From: Eledone cirrhosa | Lineage: Eukaryota | Direction: 5' to 3' | DNA: 64,000 bases | NCBI GenBank assembly: GCA_964016885.1 | Contig: OZ024741.1 | Span: 348,998,001 to 349,062,000 of the forward strand | In this document: positions 1 to 14,402 of the stretch, piece by piece | Position numbering within the stretch: position 1 is the stretch's first letter | Layout of the letters: each line of letters opens with the position of its first letter | Position numbers and translations under genes: made by a program | The notes under the pieces: generated by a model | Seen by the model: only the letters and a program-made list of their open reading frames with translations | What the model was told of the DNA's origin: nothing | The model's database searches: none

Positions 1-309
1 ACGATGCGAAGGTCTATTTGAATACATATAAAAATGAGAAAACTCATCGCTAGAACAGCTGTTAAACCTGCTAAATGCTGTCAAAGACAGCGATGGGCAA
101 AAATGCCTCAGAGGAGAGGCACCAGCGGTAAATGATCAACAGAAAAACAATCCACTAGGTGGGTGACAGGCAGATGAAATATAGAAAAAATTGAAAGGGG
201 AGAAGGACAAGAAGTGCCCTGGCTAAAGGCATTTTTCCCATCGTTGATTTTGACATCATTTAGCTGTTTTATTGGCTGTTTTAGCGAAGATTTTTCGCAT
301 TTTTATTTG

Positions 310-331
310 TATATATACATATATATATATA

Positions 332-407
<76 letters not shown>

Positions 408-514
408 CGCGTATGTATGAGTGTGAGCGTGTGAGTGTGTGCGTTCGTGCTTACGTACGTGCATTCATACATACATTCATTCATATATATATACATACAA
501 ACATACACAAATAC
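310..514. repeat. Compound (TA)n/(TG)n/(TACA)n microsatellite
   Basis: Directly visible simple repeats. Confidence 0.95.
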
Positions 515-1120
515 ATGGTGGCTGCCAACTCGTTTTCGAGTACGGCCACTACTTTATATCCATGTAGAACCCCTACCAATGCGCTGAACGAATGTGACTT
601 TTTAGTCCAGCCAGCGACTTGAAAACTCTGGTACAAACACTACACTTGTGACAATTATTGACACATAGTGCTGGGCCCATGGTACCATGTGACGACAAGT
701 GCAGAGAGATCTCCAGATATAAAGCAATGCCTGTGCCGTGAAGCTTTTATAGTGAGCAAAGGCACTGCACAAAGCCAGTCCCACTCTCTTAACCAAGATG
801 ATATTTACCAAAAAGAAGAACAAGTCAACATCATTGGATACCATCAGGGTTGCAGGTGTTATATCAGAGTTTTCCTTCTCCTAGAATTCTGCCTTGACAA
901 AGGCTAAGGGGTCATCTCTCCCGGTGATTTTGGATGGCTATTGACTCTTAAGAGCCCCTTTGCCTTTTGACAGGTTTTGTTTTTAGTCCTGCAGGATGTC
1001 CAAAGTCACCCTCCTCACCAAGAAACCTTGGTGGGGTTGCCAGTTTAGTCGCCAACGACCCGACCATGAGACAGGTTGTACTGGGATACATGTTACCAGT
1101 AGCACCAACTGGTGACCTGA
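515..1120 (-). mobile_element. Non-autonomous RTE-type retroelement (family A, apparently full length) with (ATGT)n tail
   Basis: Near-identical to 3391-3965 and homologous to 11898-12510. The minus strand starts GTCAGGTCACC, carries the motif CTTAGCCTTTGTCAAGGC..CTAGGAGAAGGAAAACTC that I associate with RTE 5' UTRs, and ends GCAGCCACC+(ATGT)n, like the RTE 3' fragment at 4079. Confidence 0.7.
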
Positions 1121-2392
1121 CACATATATACATACACACATACATACATACATACATATACATATACACATACATACATACATACATATATATACATACA
1201 CATACATACATACATATATATATATACACATACATACATACATACATACATATACACATATACACATACATACATACATACATATATACATATACACATA
1301 CATACATACATACATATATATATACACATACATACATACATACATACACACACATACACATACATACATACATACATATATATACATACACATACATACA
1401 TACATATATATACATATACACATACACACATACATATATACACATATACACACATACATACATACATATATATATACACACATACATACATATATATATA
1501 TACATACATACATACATATATATATATACATACATACATACATATACACACATACATACATACATACATACACACATATACATACATACATACATATATA
1601 TATATACATACATACATACATACATATACATACACATACATACATATACACATATACACACACACACATACATACATATATATATATACACATACATACA
1701 TACATACATATATACACATACACATACATACATACATACATATATATATATACACATACATACATACATACACATATATATACACATACATACATACATA
1801 CACATATACATACACATACATACATACACATATACATACACATACATACATACATACACATATATATACACATACATACATACATACACATATACATACA
1901 CATACATACATACACATATATATATACACACATACATACATACATATATATATATATACACATACATACATACATATATATATACACACACATACATACA
2001 TACATATATACACATATACACATACATACATACATACATATATATACACATACATACATACATACACATACATACACATACATACATACATATATATATA
2101 TACACATACATACATACATATATATATATATATACATACATACATATATACATATATATATACATACATACATACATATATATACATACATACATACACA
2201 CATACATACATACATACATACACATACACATACATACATACATACATATACACACACATACATACATACATACATATATACACACACACATATATACATA
2301 CATACATACATATATATATACATACATATATATACACACACATATACATACATACATACATATACATACACACATACATACATACATACATA

Positions 2393-2424
<32 letters not shown>

Positions 2425-2452
2425 CATACACACATACATACATACATACATA

Positions 2453-2488
<36 letters not shown>

Positions 2489-2529
2489 CATATATACATA
2501 CATACATACATATATATATATACATATAT

Positions 2530-2560
<31 letters not shown>

Positions 2561-3390
2561 CATACATATATATACACATATATACATACATATATATATA
2601 TATATATACATACATACATATATACATATATATACACACATACATATACACACATACATACATACATACATATATATATATATACATACATACACATATA
2701 TACATATATATATACATACATATACATACATATATACATACATATATATATACACACACATACATACATACATACACATACACATATACATACATACATA
2801 TACATACATATATATATACACATACACACATACATATATATATACATATATACATATATACACACATACATATATATATACACACATATATACACACATA
2901 CATACACACATACACATACATATATACATATACATACACACATACATACACATACATACACATACACATATACATACATACATATATACACATATATATA
3001 CATACATATATATATATACATACATACATATATATACACACATACACATACATATATATACACACATACATACATACATATACATATATATACACATACA
3101 TATATATATATACATACATACACATATACACACACATACATACATACATACATATATACATATACATACATACATATATATACATATATACATACATACA
3201 TACATACACATATATACATACATACATATATACACATATATACATACATACACACACACATATACATACATACATACATATACATACACACACACACATA
3301 CATATATATATACATACATACATACACACACATATACACACATATATATATACATATATATATACACATATATATATACATACATACATA
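1121..3390. repeat. 2.27-kb degenerate (TACA)/(TA)/(CA) microsatellite array
   Basis: Only YA dinucleotides on the + strand; the source of the 760-830 aa spurious ORFs. Confidence 0.98.
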
Positions 3391-3965
3391 TGGTGGCTGC
3401 CAACTCGTTTTCGAGTACGGCCACTACTTTATATCCATATAGGAGAACCCCTACCGAAGCGCTGAACTAGTGTGACTTCTTAGTCCAGCTAGCGACTTGA
3501 AAACTCTGGTACAAACACTACACTTGTGACAATTATTGACACATAGTGCTGGGCCCATGGTACCATGTAAGGACAAGTGCAGAGAGATCTCCAGATATAA
3601 AGCAATGCCTGCGCCGTGAAGCTTTTATAGTGAGCAAAGGCACTGCACAAAGCTAGTCCCACTCTCTTAACCAAGATAATATTTACCAAAAAGAAGAACA
3701 AGTCAACATCATTGGATACCATCAGGGTTGCAGGTGTTATATCAGAGTTTTCCTTCTCCTAGAATTCTGCCTTGACAAAGGCTAAGGGGTCATCTCTCCC
3801 GGTGATTTTGGATGGCCATTGACTCTTAAGAGCTCCTTTGCCCTTTGACAGGTTTTGTTTTTAGTCCTGCAGGATGTCCAAAGTCACCCTCCTCACCAAG
3901 TAACCTTGGTGGGGTTGCCAGTTTAGTCGCCAACGACCTGACCATGAGACAGGTTGTACTGGGAT
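3391..3965 (-). mobile_element. Second copy of family A RTE-type non-autonomous element, slightly 5'-truncated
   Basis: Direct repeat of about 515-1087 with few substitutions; flanked by (TACA)n. Confidence 0.75.
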
Positions 3966-4078
3966 AATACATACATACATACATACACACACAAATACAT
4001 ACATACATACATACACACACACATACACATAAAAACATACATAGATATATACATACGTACAATCATACATACATACAT

Positions 4079-4642
4079 GGTGGCTGCAAACTCGTGTTCG
4101 AGCATGGCCATCGCTTGATAAAATGCTCAAAAATGTGAGGCACGAATGTGGTTTTTAAACCAGCCAAAGACTTGCACCGTCTGGGACATACATGGCAACT
4201 GTAGGCTCCTCCGGGACTTTCCATTGCTTTGTTCTGACTGTGTGTTATCATGTGTCTTTTAAGACCTCCCATGCTAACACATTCCTTGCCACATTCCTTA
4301 CACCTTTTCAGATCATAATCTACACGAGGTCTACTGATATGACTTCATTCGTGTCTAGTCAAACCAGCTTTACTCAGACAGACTCGACCAGAGTACTGGC
4401 ATACCAGATGATGTTCAACAGCAGGCAGTTCAGATCAGTCTCTTTTCCTTACCTTCCTTTTCAGTGTTAAATATTCTCTCCGATGAGTTTCAAAGTGTTC
4501 ACTACCTGACTTGATAAAACGTCTCCACTTCACACGCTGCTCGATCATTTTCTCCCATTCGTCCGATGAAATTCCAGCACAAGCCAAGGTGCACCTGACA
4601 CAGTCCCGGTACCGCATTTTTGGTTTGTGTGGTGGTCGCCTT
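4079..4642 (-). pseudogene. 3' fragment of an RTE-clade LINE (C-terminus with C2H2-like zinc fingers)
   Basis: RYRDCVRCTLACAGISSDEWE..RVKWRRFIKSG; GGLKRHMITH..CHVCPRRCKSLAGLK; frameshifted; (ATGT)n tail. Confidence 0.75.
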
Positions 4643-4672
4643 TATACACATACATACATACATACATACATA

Positions 4673-4924
4673 CATACCCATCATTATTGGAGCTACGGGT
4701 TATATACCAACCAGCTTGGACCAATGTATAACTGAACTTGGATTTGCGGACAAAGCGCGCAGCTCCCTAATTCATAGTCTACAAATAGCTACGATAGCTG
4801 GCACCTTCAAAATTTGCAAAACATTCTTGCGATTCAAGGGATAACAATTTCTTTTCTTTTATAACCTTGCCACCAGGAAGGTGGCCGGTCAAAAATATAC
4901 TCGAAATTAAGAGAAAGAGAGAAC
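4673..4924 (+). mobile_element. Heavily 5'-truncated R4/Dong LINE copy in (TACA)n
   Basis: IPIIIGATGYIPT..AGTFKICKTFLRFKG* plus a 3' UTR matching those ending at 17745 and 54896. Confidence 0.9.
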
Positions 4925-5423
4925 GCATACATACATACATAATGTATGAGGATGCTATATACAAAGCTGGAGATACTGCATAAATACTTACATATTTAGT
5001 CAGCAAGTAAAGAAGCAGAAAGTAATAAATGGAGAATAAAGATACTCACGTATGACAGGTACAAATAGCTAGCCCATAATTCCATATTAACCTGCTTCTG
5101 TAGCTTTTTGTTGGAATCATCATAATAGTTGTGGCAAACGTGTGTGGCTACAATTAATAGAAATTATTAGTTTACTAAATGTTGTGGTGGGCACGTGTAC
5201 GGAGTAAAGTGTGTACTTGTGTGTGTCAATGAATATATAGTAATGCCGGTGTTAAAGTCATATAGTGTGCCAAGGAGGAGACACATTCAATCGACAAACG
5301 TTCAATTTAGTCCATGAAAGGCAATAGAGACAGCGCACATAGTATATCTGTCGGTATATATATTTATTTTCTATGATATCGATATAGGACTAGGTTCGTA
5401 TGGGAACGCTATCTCTCTCTCTC

Positions 5424-5502
<79 letters not shown>

Positions 5503-5508
<6 letters not shown>

Positions 5509-5981
5509 GTTAAAGATGTACATCCATATATGTATACTGAAATACTCACACTCTATGCAAATTAGTCAGCCCACTACTAATTTTCATAGAAAAAGCATAT
5601 AACGATATGTGCTTTTACGATTCTCTAGAGAGGCCGGAAGATAGGTAAATATTGCTGATGAGTTGTAACAACAACGAAACTAGTTCAATATTCCTTGTCT
5701 GGCTTTCTGGAGAATAGAGGAAAGGTGTTTCCTCAAAAACCAGTATCACTCTAAAAACCGGTTTGTCTGTGTGTTTACATACAGAATAGCTGGCCACTCA
5801 CAGTAAAGTGACCAGTGAAAAAACTTGGTACATCTACATATGTATACGTGTGTGTATTCATATACATACTAGTATTTCAGTATACATATATGGATGTACA
5901 TCTTTAACTTAATTGTTTAAGCGTCAGTCATACAAAAGTGAGTTACAAATGAAACGAAATTTAATTTCGTTTCGTTATTTG

Positions 5982-5987
<6 letters not shown>
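5503..5987 (+). mobile_element. Short HHR-bearing PLE-like element in (TA)n with inverted duplication
   Basis: 5503-5546 is the reverse complement of about 5870-5913; internal HHR; (TA)n on both sides. Confidence 0.7.
5648..5692 (+). ncRNA. Minimal type I hammerhead ribozyme
   Basis: AATATTG-CTGATGA-GTTGT/AACA/ACAAC-GAAA-CTAG-TT-CAATATT: 7-bp stem I, 5-bp stem II, palindromic ACTAGT stem III, GUU cleavage triplet. Confidence 0.85.
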
Positions 5988-6049
<62 letters not shown>

Positions 6050-6055
<6 letters not shown>

Positions 6056-6795
6056 TAACAGATTAAAGTTTAAGCAAAGAATCGGTGCTTTCACCCTTAA
6101 CGGGATCTTCTGAAACTAACAAAGTCAATCTGTAAACGCAGAACTGGATATTTCAAAAAACGTTGCAACCGGAGGAAGACAGAAAGACGATACTTTGGTT
6201 CGTGGAAACGTTCGCTGGCTAATAACGGGGAAAAAAGAATATAATACGTCATTAATAGGAGCGGTGAATAGTTAGAATTTAGTCTACGACTTCTGCTATA
6301 CCATTTACGTGGTTTTGTCTTTGCGTGCTATTATTCTCCACGCTCCACATATGACGTATTATCTTCGTTATTTTTCGTTCATTGCCAGAGAACGTCTCTA
6401 TGCACCACCTAAGAGAACTTTAGTCTACGACCTCTTTTAAACCATAAACGTGGTTCTGTCTTTGCGCGTAATTGTTTTTCACCGCTCCTATTAATGACGT
6501 ATTATATTCGTTTTTTCCCGTTCTTAGCCAGCGAACGTTTCCACGAACCAAAGTATTGTCTTCCTGTCTTCCTCCGGTTGCAACGTTTTTTGAAATATCC
6601 AGTTCTGCGTTTACAGATTGACTTTGTTAGTTTCAGAAGATCCCGTTAAGGGTGAAAGCAGCGATTCTTTGCTTAAACTTTAATCTGTTATTTTAATAAA
6701 TATTTGCTCTACGGTTCTTATATATTTGATATATATTTATCCTTATCGAGCCCTCTTAGGATTTTAGTCTTCAAATTTATTATTATTACTATACT
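6050..6795 (+). mobile_element. HHR-bearing fold-back element in (TA)n; further pieces at 6990-7197, 7290-7328 and 7465-7572
   Basis: Inverted arms of about 220 bp (6050-6268 / 6479-6695) and an internal diverged tandem duplication (about 6275-6410 / 6415-6550). Confidence 0.75.
6629..6679 (+). ncRNA. Type I hammerhead variant with CAGAAGA core (mirror copy on the minus strand at 6067-6117)
   Basis: AGTTT-CAGAAGA-TCCC/GTTAA/GGGT-GAAA-GCA/9 nt/TGC-TT-AAACT: stems I-III pair; U4 is replaced by A. Confidence 0.6.
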
Positions 6796-6842
6796 TATAT
6801 ATATATCGCCCGTCCCCTCAATCTATCTTATTTCTCATTCTT

Positions 6843-6878
6843 TCTTCTGATGAAGGACTAGCGTCCGAAACGTCGAGA
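6843..6878 (+). ncRNA. Minimal type I hammerhead ribozyme
   Basis: TCTT-CTGATGA-A-GGAC/TAGC/GTCC-GAAA-CG-TC-GAGA; GUC triplet; homologue at 61891. Confidence 0.8.
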
Positions 6879-7192
6879 CTCTCTTCCTGCTATATCAAGC
6901 GTTAACCTAATATATATCTCCCATATACTCTATCGATTGTGTTGTTTTTTCTTCTGTTTACCTTTTACATACATATATATATATATATATAGTAATAATA
7001 ATATATTTGAAGACTAACATCCAAAGAGGGCTCGATAAGGATAAATATATATCAGATATATAAGAACCGTAGAGCAAATATTTATTAAAATAACAGATTA
7101 AAGTTTAAGCAAAGAATCGCTTCTTTCAACCTTAAAGGTCCCGTTAAGGGTGAAAGCAGCGATTCTTTGCTTAAACTTTAATCTGTTATTTT

Positions 7193-7249
<57 letters not shown>

Positions 7250-7290
7250 CTAGCACAATGGCCCGGCGTTGCTCTGGATTTGCTCTAGAC
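7250..7290 (-). mobile_element. Helitron 3' terminus (hairpin + CTAG)
   Basis: Reverse complement reads CCAGAGCAACGCCGGGCCATTGTGCTAG|T, similar to 8899-8926. Confidence 0.55.
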
Positions 7291-7404
7291 TTCTTATATA
7301 TTTGATATATATTTATCCTTATCGAGCCTCGCGAAATAAATACGTTGATTATATTTTGTTATTGTGTATGCAAAAATATCTGTACACAAATATATAATTA
7401 TATG

Positions 7405-7438
<34 letters not shown>

Positions 7439-7574
7439 ATATGATATATATATATATATATAAAATAGATGAAAGTTTAAGCAAAGAATTGCTGATTTCA
7501 CCCTTAACGGGATCTTCTAAAACTAAAGAAATCAATCTATGAACGCAGAAGTAAATATTTCGAAAAACGTTACA

Positions 7575-7624
<50 letters not shown>

Positions 7625-8228
7625 TATATATATACATATATATACACACACACACACAGCTATGTCATAATGTCGTAATGCAGACACCCAGACATACAGA
7701 CAGATATTATAAGGGCTCAACGTTATATCTATGTATCAATCTAAAAAGAGAAAGACTAAGAATTATAGAGAGAGATCGCTAAATCGCCTAATGTCGTCCG
7801 TAGGGTATTGAAAATTTGAACTTTTTCTTCTCAAAACACTCACAGGACCATAAGCATTACATCTGTAAAGTTTGAAAACAATCGGTTCAGATTTAAATTA
7901 TCTGTAGCGACAGCTGTCCACTTATTTTCAATTTCTAAAGGTATTTTACTCGATTTTCTAACGCTATTATCATTGTAGTGAATGTGTGTTTGTATTTCAA
8001 CATTTCAAACTTCAAATCATTCAAAGGCCTTAATAAATCCTTAGGTATATCTATTCAGATTTTATATATTTACAATAAATGTTATTATTTTACCTACAAT
8101 GATTAAAACAATATTTATCTTTAATTTCATAACAACATATAGTTAGATGAGTCTGTTTATGTATAGATATAGGAACTGTTGTCACTTTACTACGTTCCTG
8201 TTGTTTATAACAGTTATGTTACCAGTTA

Positions 8229-8926
8229 TCTATATATATTAAACTGAGGATGTCTGTCTGTGAGTGTGTGTGTGTGGTTGTGTCTGTGTGTGTGTGTGTC
8301 TGTGTGTCTGTGTCTGTGAGTTTGAATCCCTAAAAATCGAGAAGTACACAAGCGATTTTTTTTTAGAGTTTACATGTTTACTTATGTTTCAGGGAGTTTA
8401 CTTATGTTTCAGGGAGTGTAATGCACATAAACAAATTCAACGTTTTGATCCCCTAGAGCCCGCATTAGGTGAAACACTACGTTTTTTTTCCAGTTTTGGG
8501 GGAATTTTTAAGGCGTTATGTCAGACCGATTTCCTTGAAATTGTAACTATGTATTAGTCAGTCCCTTCTTCATACCATGAGCAAAGAAAATCCAACTTTT
8601 TTATGGCCTAGAGCCCGCATTAGGTGAAAAACTTCATTTCTTTTTCAGCTTTTTAGGGCTTTTTTGAGGCGTTACGTCTAGCCGACTTTCCCGAAATTTC
8701 AAGGTATATTATGCACATACAAAAAATTCAATTTCTTGATCACCTAGGTGAAATCCTGCATTTTCCTGCTTCATCGAGGAAAATCTTAAAGATTATCCAG
8801 CCATCAGAGTATTTGGTTTATTTTCTTTACATATTGTCCAGGCATTCAGTTTTTCCATAATTAGGTCTGTTGGCGGCCCGCGTTCCAAAATACCTCATCC
8901 CGTGCAACGCCGGGTACCACTGCTAG
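8229..8926 (+). mobile_element. Non-autonomous Helitron, complete
   Basis: 5' A|TCTATATATATTAAA..GTCTGTCTGT; 3' hairpin CCCGTGCAACGCCGGG (8899-8914), then CTAG|T; A/T target with no TSD; internal diverged repeat CTAGAGCCCGCATTAGGTGAAA twice. Confidence 0.8.
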
Positions 8927-9164
8927 TTCTTAATAATATATTTTAATTTTTATAGATAACGGACAAAGAACCGAAAGCCAAACAAATAAATATAAATATA
9001 TATAAATATATATAAAGTTAGAAGAGTTCTAATGGCCTGGAATACCTCCTCTCTCTATCATTCACTTAAATACATCGAATTCGGCGCTCTAAACTTCGTA
9101 GACTTTTTCCTACTCCTTCGAATTCAACATATGCATGAAAACCGTTTAATATGATAGTGAATCA

Positions 9165-9380
9165 GATATATATATTATATTATATACAATATATATATTG
9201 TATACAATATATATATATATATATATTATATACAATATATATATATATTATATACAATATATATATATATATATTATATACAATATATATATATATTATA
9301 TACAATATATATATATATATATTATATACAATATAAATATATATATTATATACAATATAAATATATATATATTATATACA

Positions 9381-9423
<43 letters not shown>

Positions 9424-9427
9424 TATA
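9165..9427. repeat. AT-rich minisatellite (TATTATATACAATATA.. units)
   Basis: Visible tandem units. Confidence 0.9.
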
Positions 9428-9707
9428 GTTGTTCAGTGTTTCAACAAAAGAAAAAAATCGAAGATAATCAAATATACTGCCCATCATTAGATATGTATAT
9501 ACAGTAAGGTAAGTCTGCAAAAAAAATATTCGTATGTTTTGTTGCAGATCTTTAGCGAGATCGGCCAAATATGAAATGGATGGAACGGTTATGAAATAAT
9601 CATGAATTGTGAAATAAAACGTACGAAGTGGTTTTATTCAGTACACTTTGTCTGAATATGCGTCTTTTTTCTTCTCTTTCTTTTCTTGTACGTGAATAAC
9701 TAAGACA

Positions 9708-11125
<1,418 letters not shown>

Positions 11126-11379
11126 AGATCTGTAACTTTTACATTTGGTTACTATAGAATATACCTCCATCTTAGACTACATAATTCCATTTTGGGGGCA
11201 GCTGATCTCTTGGTAACAATCTCGGTCTCTGTTTTGTACAACCTACATTTGTTTACAGCTGATGACCTTCTTCTTTTGTGTAGTATATACTTGTAGACAA
11301 TCTCCTGCCACTGAAATGCATGGAAGTATCTTTCAAAGTTGGACGTTTTGAACTGTTGGAACTATATGGCAGACTATAA

Positions 11380-11840
11380 GAGTCGTTTACCCACTTTATG
11401 AGCATCGTTTTTCATCTCAGATTTCCATGTAAAATCTTCTCATTGTCTATTTTTTTATGCTGTTCGAGCAATGAGCAGAGTTTCCCAAAGTATATGGTAT
11501 CTGTATCAGTTTTTATTTCATGTTCTTCTAGTACAACGGTCATCCTAACTCTTCACGCCCATACAACTGGTCGAAATGGTTGCTGAATTTCTGCCTCTGT
11601 TGAAGATATTTCTATGCAGCTCACGCATGATGCTAATAAAGATCTTAGGCCCTGGCCACTCTCCTTCCCTTATCCACATCCCTATTAATATCAAAAATTT
11701 ACAAGTAACACTAACCAGTTTGCGAGTTCTTACATCCAACTCATTTAGTTCTTGCAATGACCAGTTAAGCTGGCCATATATTTGCGGTAGTTTGTGTACA
11801 GATTTGTGTAGGCTGAGAGTTCTAATGACCATAGTCTCAT
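11380..11840 (-). pseudogene. Diverged, internally deleted R4/Dong LINE fragment
   Basis: YGQLNWSLQELNELDVRTRKLVSVT matches the ORF at 16496; adjacent to (ATGT)n. Confidence 0.75.
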
Positions 11841-11897
11841 GTATATATGCATGTATGTATGTATGCATGTATGTATGTATCTACGTATGTATGTATG

Positions 11898-12510
11898 TCA
11901 GGTCGCTCTTCAACGCTACTGGTAACATGTAACCCAGTACAACCTATGTGTGGTCGGGTTGTCGGCGACTAAACCGACAACCCCAGCAAGTTTACTTTGT
12001 GAGGAGGGTGATTTTGGACACCCTGCAGGATAAAAAACAAAACCTGACAAAGGGCGGAAGAACTCAAAAGAGTCAACAGCCATCCAAAAATGTGTAAATA
12101 TGTATATACACATGTACATATGTATGTATATGCATGTGTGCATGTGTATGTATATGCGTGGGGACATAGAAATAATCGGGCTGGATACCCGATCGCGCGG
12201 TTAATCCACTGGGTGTGAAGGACCCCCTAGCCTTTGTCAGGGCATTCTTCTAGGAGAAGACAACTCAGCAAACTGGGATAACTCCGACATAAAACATGCG
12301 GCTCAGTAGTTACCGATGCTGTTGATTTTTTCTTCTTTTCGGGTTATAACTACTGTCGCTCAGAGAGTGGGATTGGCTAAGTGCACAGTCTTTCCTCACT
12401 TTAAAAAAAAATCTTCACTCACAGGCATTGCACGATAGAATTCCTTAATAATTATTAATAATGGTATATCGTGCAATGTCCATACTCGATAACGAGGGGG
12501 CAGCCATCAT
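11898..12510 (+). mobile_element. Non-autonomous RTE-type element (family B), full length, with internal microsatellite
   Basis: 5' GTCAGGTCGC homologous to family A; CTAGCCTTTGTCAGGGC..CTAGGAGAAG motif; 3' TCGATAACGAGGGGGCAGCCATC+(ATGT)n; copies at 52630-53070 and 17775-17825. Confidence 0.7.
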
Positions 12511-12970
12511 GTATATATGTATGTATGCATGTGTAAGGGATAGATAGATAAATGACATGACGGACGGACGGTGGATCAGATGATGGGTGAACAAAAGGGT
12601 GAATGACTGGATAGATGGACTGATTTATATGGGTGGATATGAGGAATAAAATATGAAAGTCTGGCTTGAATAAATACAAAGAGAAGAATCAATATCTGCT
12701 GAGATGAGGCAATATATTAGTAAGAGTCTAGATTTGAAAATTAACTAAAATTCTAAAGACTACCACAAATTTTACTTACATTAAACAATTCAAAATATTT
12801 GTTGATATGACATTAAGGTCAAGCAGAGTTTGTTGTGAGAAGCTGTCATCAGCTGTCACAACACATGAATAGAAGTATACCACGGCAATTGACAGGCAAT
12901 CTGTACAAACGTGTGTATATGTAATTAATTGTTGGCTATATGGCTTTGAGTCAGTGCATATATATATATG

Positions 12971-13118
12971 TAGGAAAATGTATGACCCCGACGGCAGAGC
13001 TCAAGCCGTTTAGCCGTCGAAACGGCTTGAACTCTGCCGTCGGGGTCATACACTTTCCTATTACCCATTCTACTACCCTAAATATTGAGTACTCTGGTTC
13101 CTTACCACATATCCTTCG

Positions 13119-13150
<32 letters not shown>

Positions 13151-13349
13151 CGAAGGAAATGTGGTAAGGAACCAGGTGGACCATAACGCACCAAAGTACT
13201 CAATACTTAGGGTAGTAGAGTGGGTAATAGGAACGAGTAGGACCCCGACGGCTGAGCTCAAGCCGTTTCGACGGCTAATTCTGGACTAAATTTAATTCAG
13301 AATTAGCCGTCGAAACGGCTTGAGCTCGGCCGTCGGGGTCCTACTCATT

Positions 13350-13353
<4 letters not shown>
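12971..13353. mobile_element. Two tail-to-tail copies of a palindromic element carrying the 3' half of a hammerhead, in (TA)n
   Basis: GAAA-CGGCT/TGAGCTC/AGCCG-TC-(A/G)GGGTCC preceded by a long hairpin, with the 5' side a mirror image; third copy at 20951-21150. Confidence 0.65.
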
Positions 13354-13385
<32 letters not shown>

Positions 13386-13519
13386 AATAAAATATAGAGT
13401 TATTAGCTCATATAGATACCCTGCAATTAACAAGCTCAAAGTATAAATACTGAGCATTATAATATTAATATTATAATATTAATATATTATATATTATAAT
13501 ATTAATATATTATATATTA

Positions 13520-14020
13520 TAATATTAATATGTGTAGAAGTAAACCCGTGTCTAAAATTACGAGGGTAGAGTACACCACAAATGTTATATATCGTTCAAC
13601 CTGAATCATAAGAGATGTTACAAGAATCATAAGAGATGTTACAAGATTTTAGCCTATAAAAATGAATGTAAATAGGCTATTATTTGTAGCATAACCACTC
13701 GTACCGCATATGACTTTCAACGCACGAGGTGCAAACTTTAGTGAGTTTATTGTTATAGGTGTTATGTAACATTTAGTCTTATCCCCTGCTGACGAAATCC
13801 CTACGGATTATTTGTTACAAACACGATTCATTCAGGGCGAAACAGATTAAATATTTAGTCTGTCCGGGAGATGAAATGGTTATTGATATGGTATGTATGA
13901 GAAATCTTGTAAGAAATCTTGTAACATGCCATATGATTCAGGTTGAATGATATATAACATTTGTGGTGTAGTCTACCCTCGTAATTTTAGACACGGGTTT
14001 ACTGTTTACTTCTACACATA

Positions 14021-14025
<5 letters not shown>
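13520..14025 (+). mobile_element. HHR-bearing element with about 100-bp inverted arms in AT-rich/(TA)n DNA
   Basis: About 13520-13625 is the reverse complement of about 13910-14025. Confidence 0.75.
13781..13872 (+). ncRNA. Type I hammerhead with extended stem II region and full stem III
   Basis: ATCCCCTG-CTGACGA-43 nt-GAAA-CAGATTAAA/TA/TTTAGTCTG-TC-CGGGAGAT. Confidence 0.75.
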
Positions 14026-14070
<45 letters not shown>

Positions 14071-14104
14071 TGTTGTGTGTTTGTGTGTGTATGTGTGCGT
14101 GCGT

Positions 14105-14141
<37 letters not shown>

Positions 14142-14402
14142 CGTGTCTGCGTGTGTGTTTATATATGATGTTTATGTTTCTAAACACACACACTCACTCA
14201 CACAAACATACATGCATACTAACATACGTACGTACATAATAGAAACATACATAGATACATACATGCATGCATGCATACATACATACATATGTACGTACGT
14301 ACATACATACGTTCATACATACATACATATATACATACACACGTTCATACATACATACATATATACATACACACGTTCATACATACATACATATATGCAT
14401 AC

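Noticed and set aside
1040-1120. HDV-like or twister ribozyme at the family A 5' end
   Set aside because: Partial resemblance (TCCCAG loop, GAGGAGGG), but the required helices could not be placed in order; kept only as an unclassified structure.
948-3465. Four ORFs of 762-832 aa
   Set aside because: They are translations of a stop-free microsatellite; no real protein signal.
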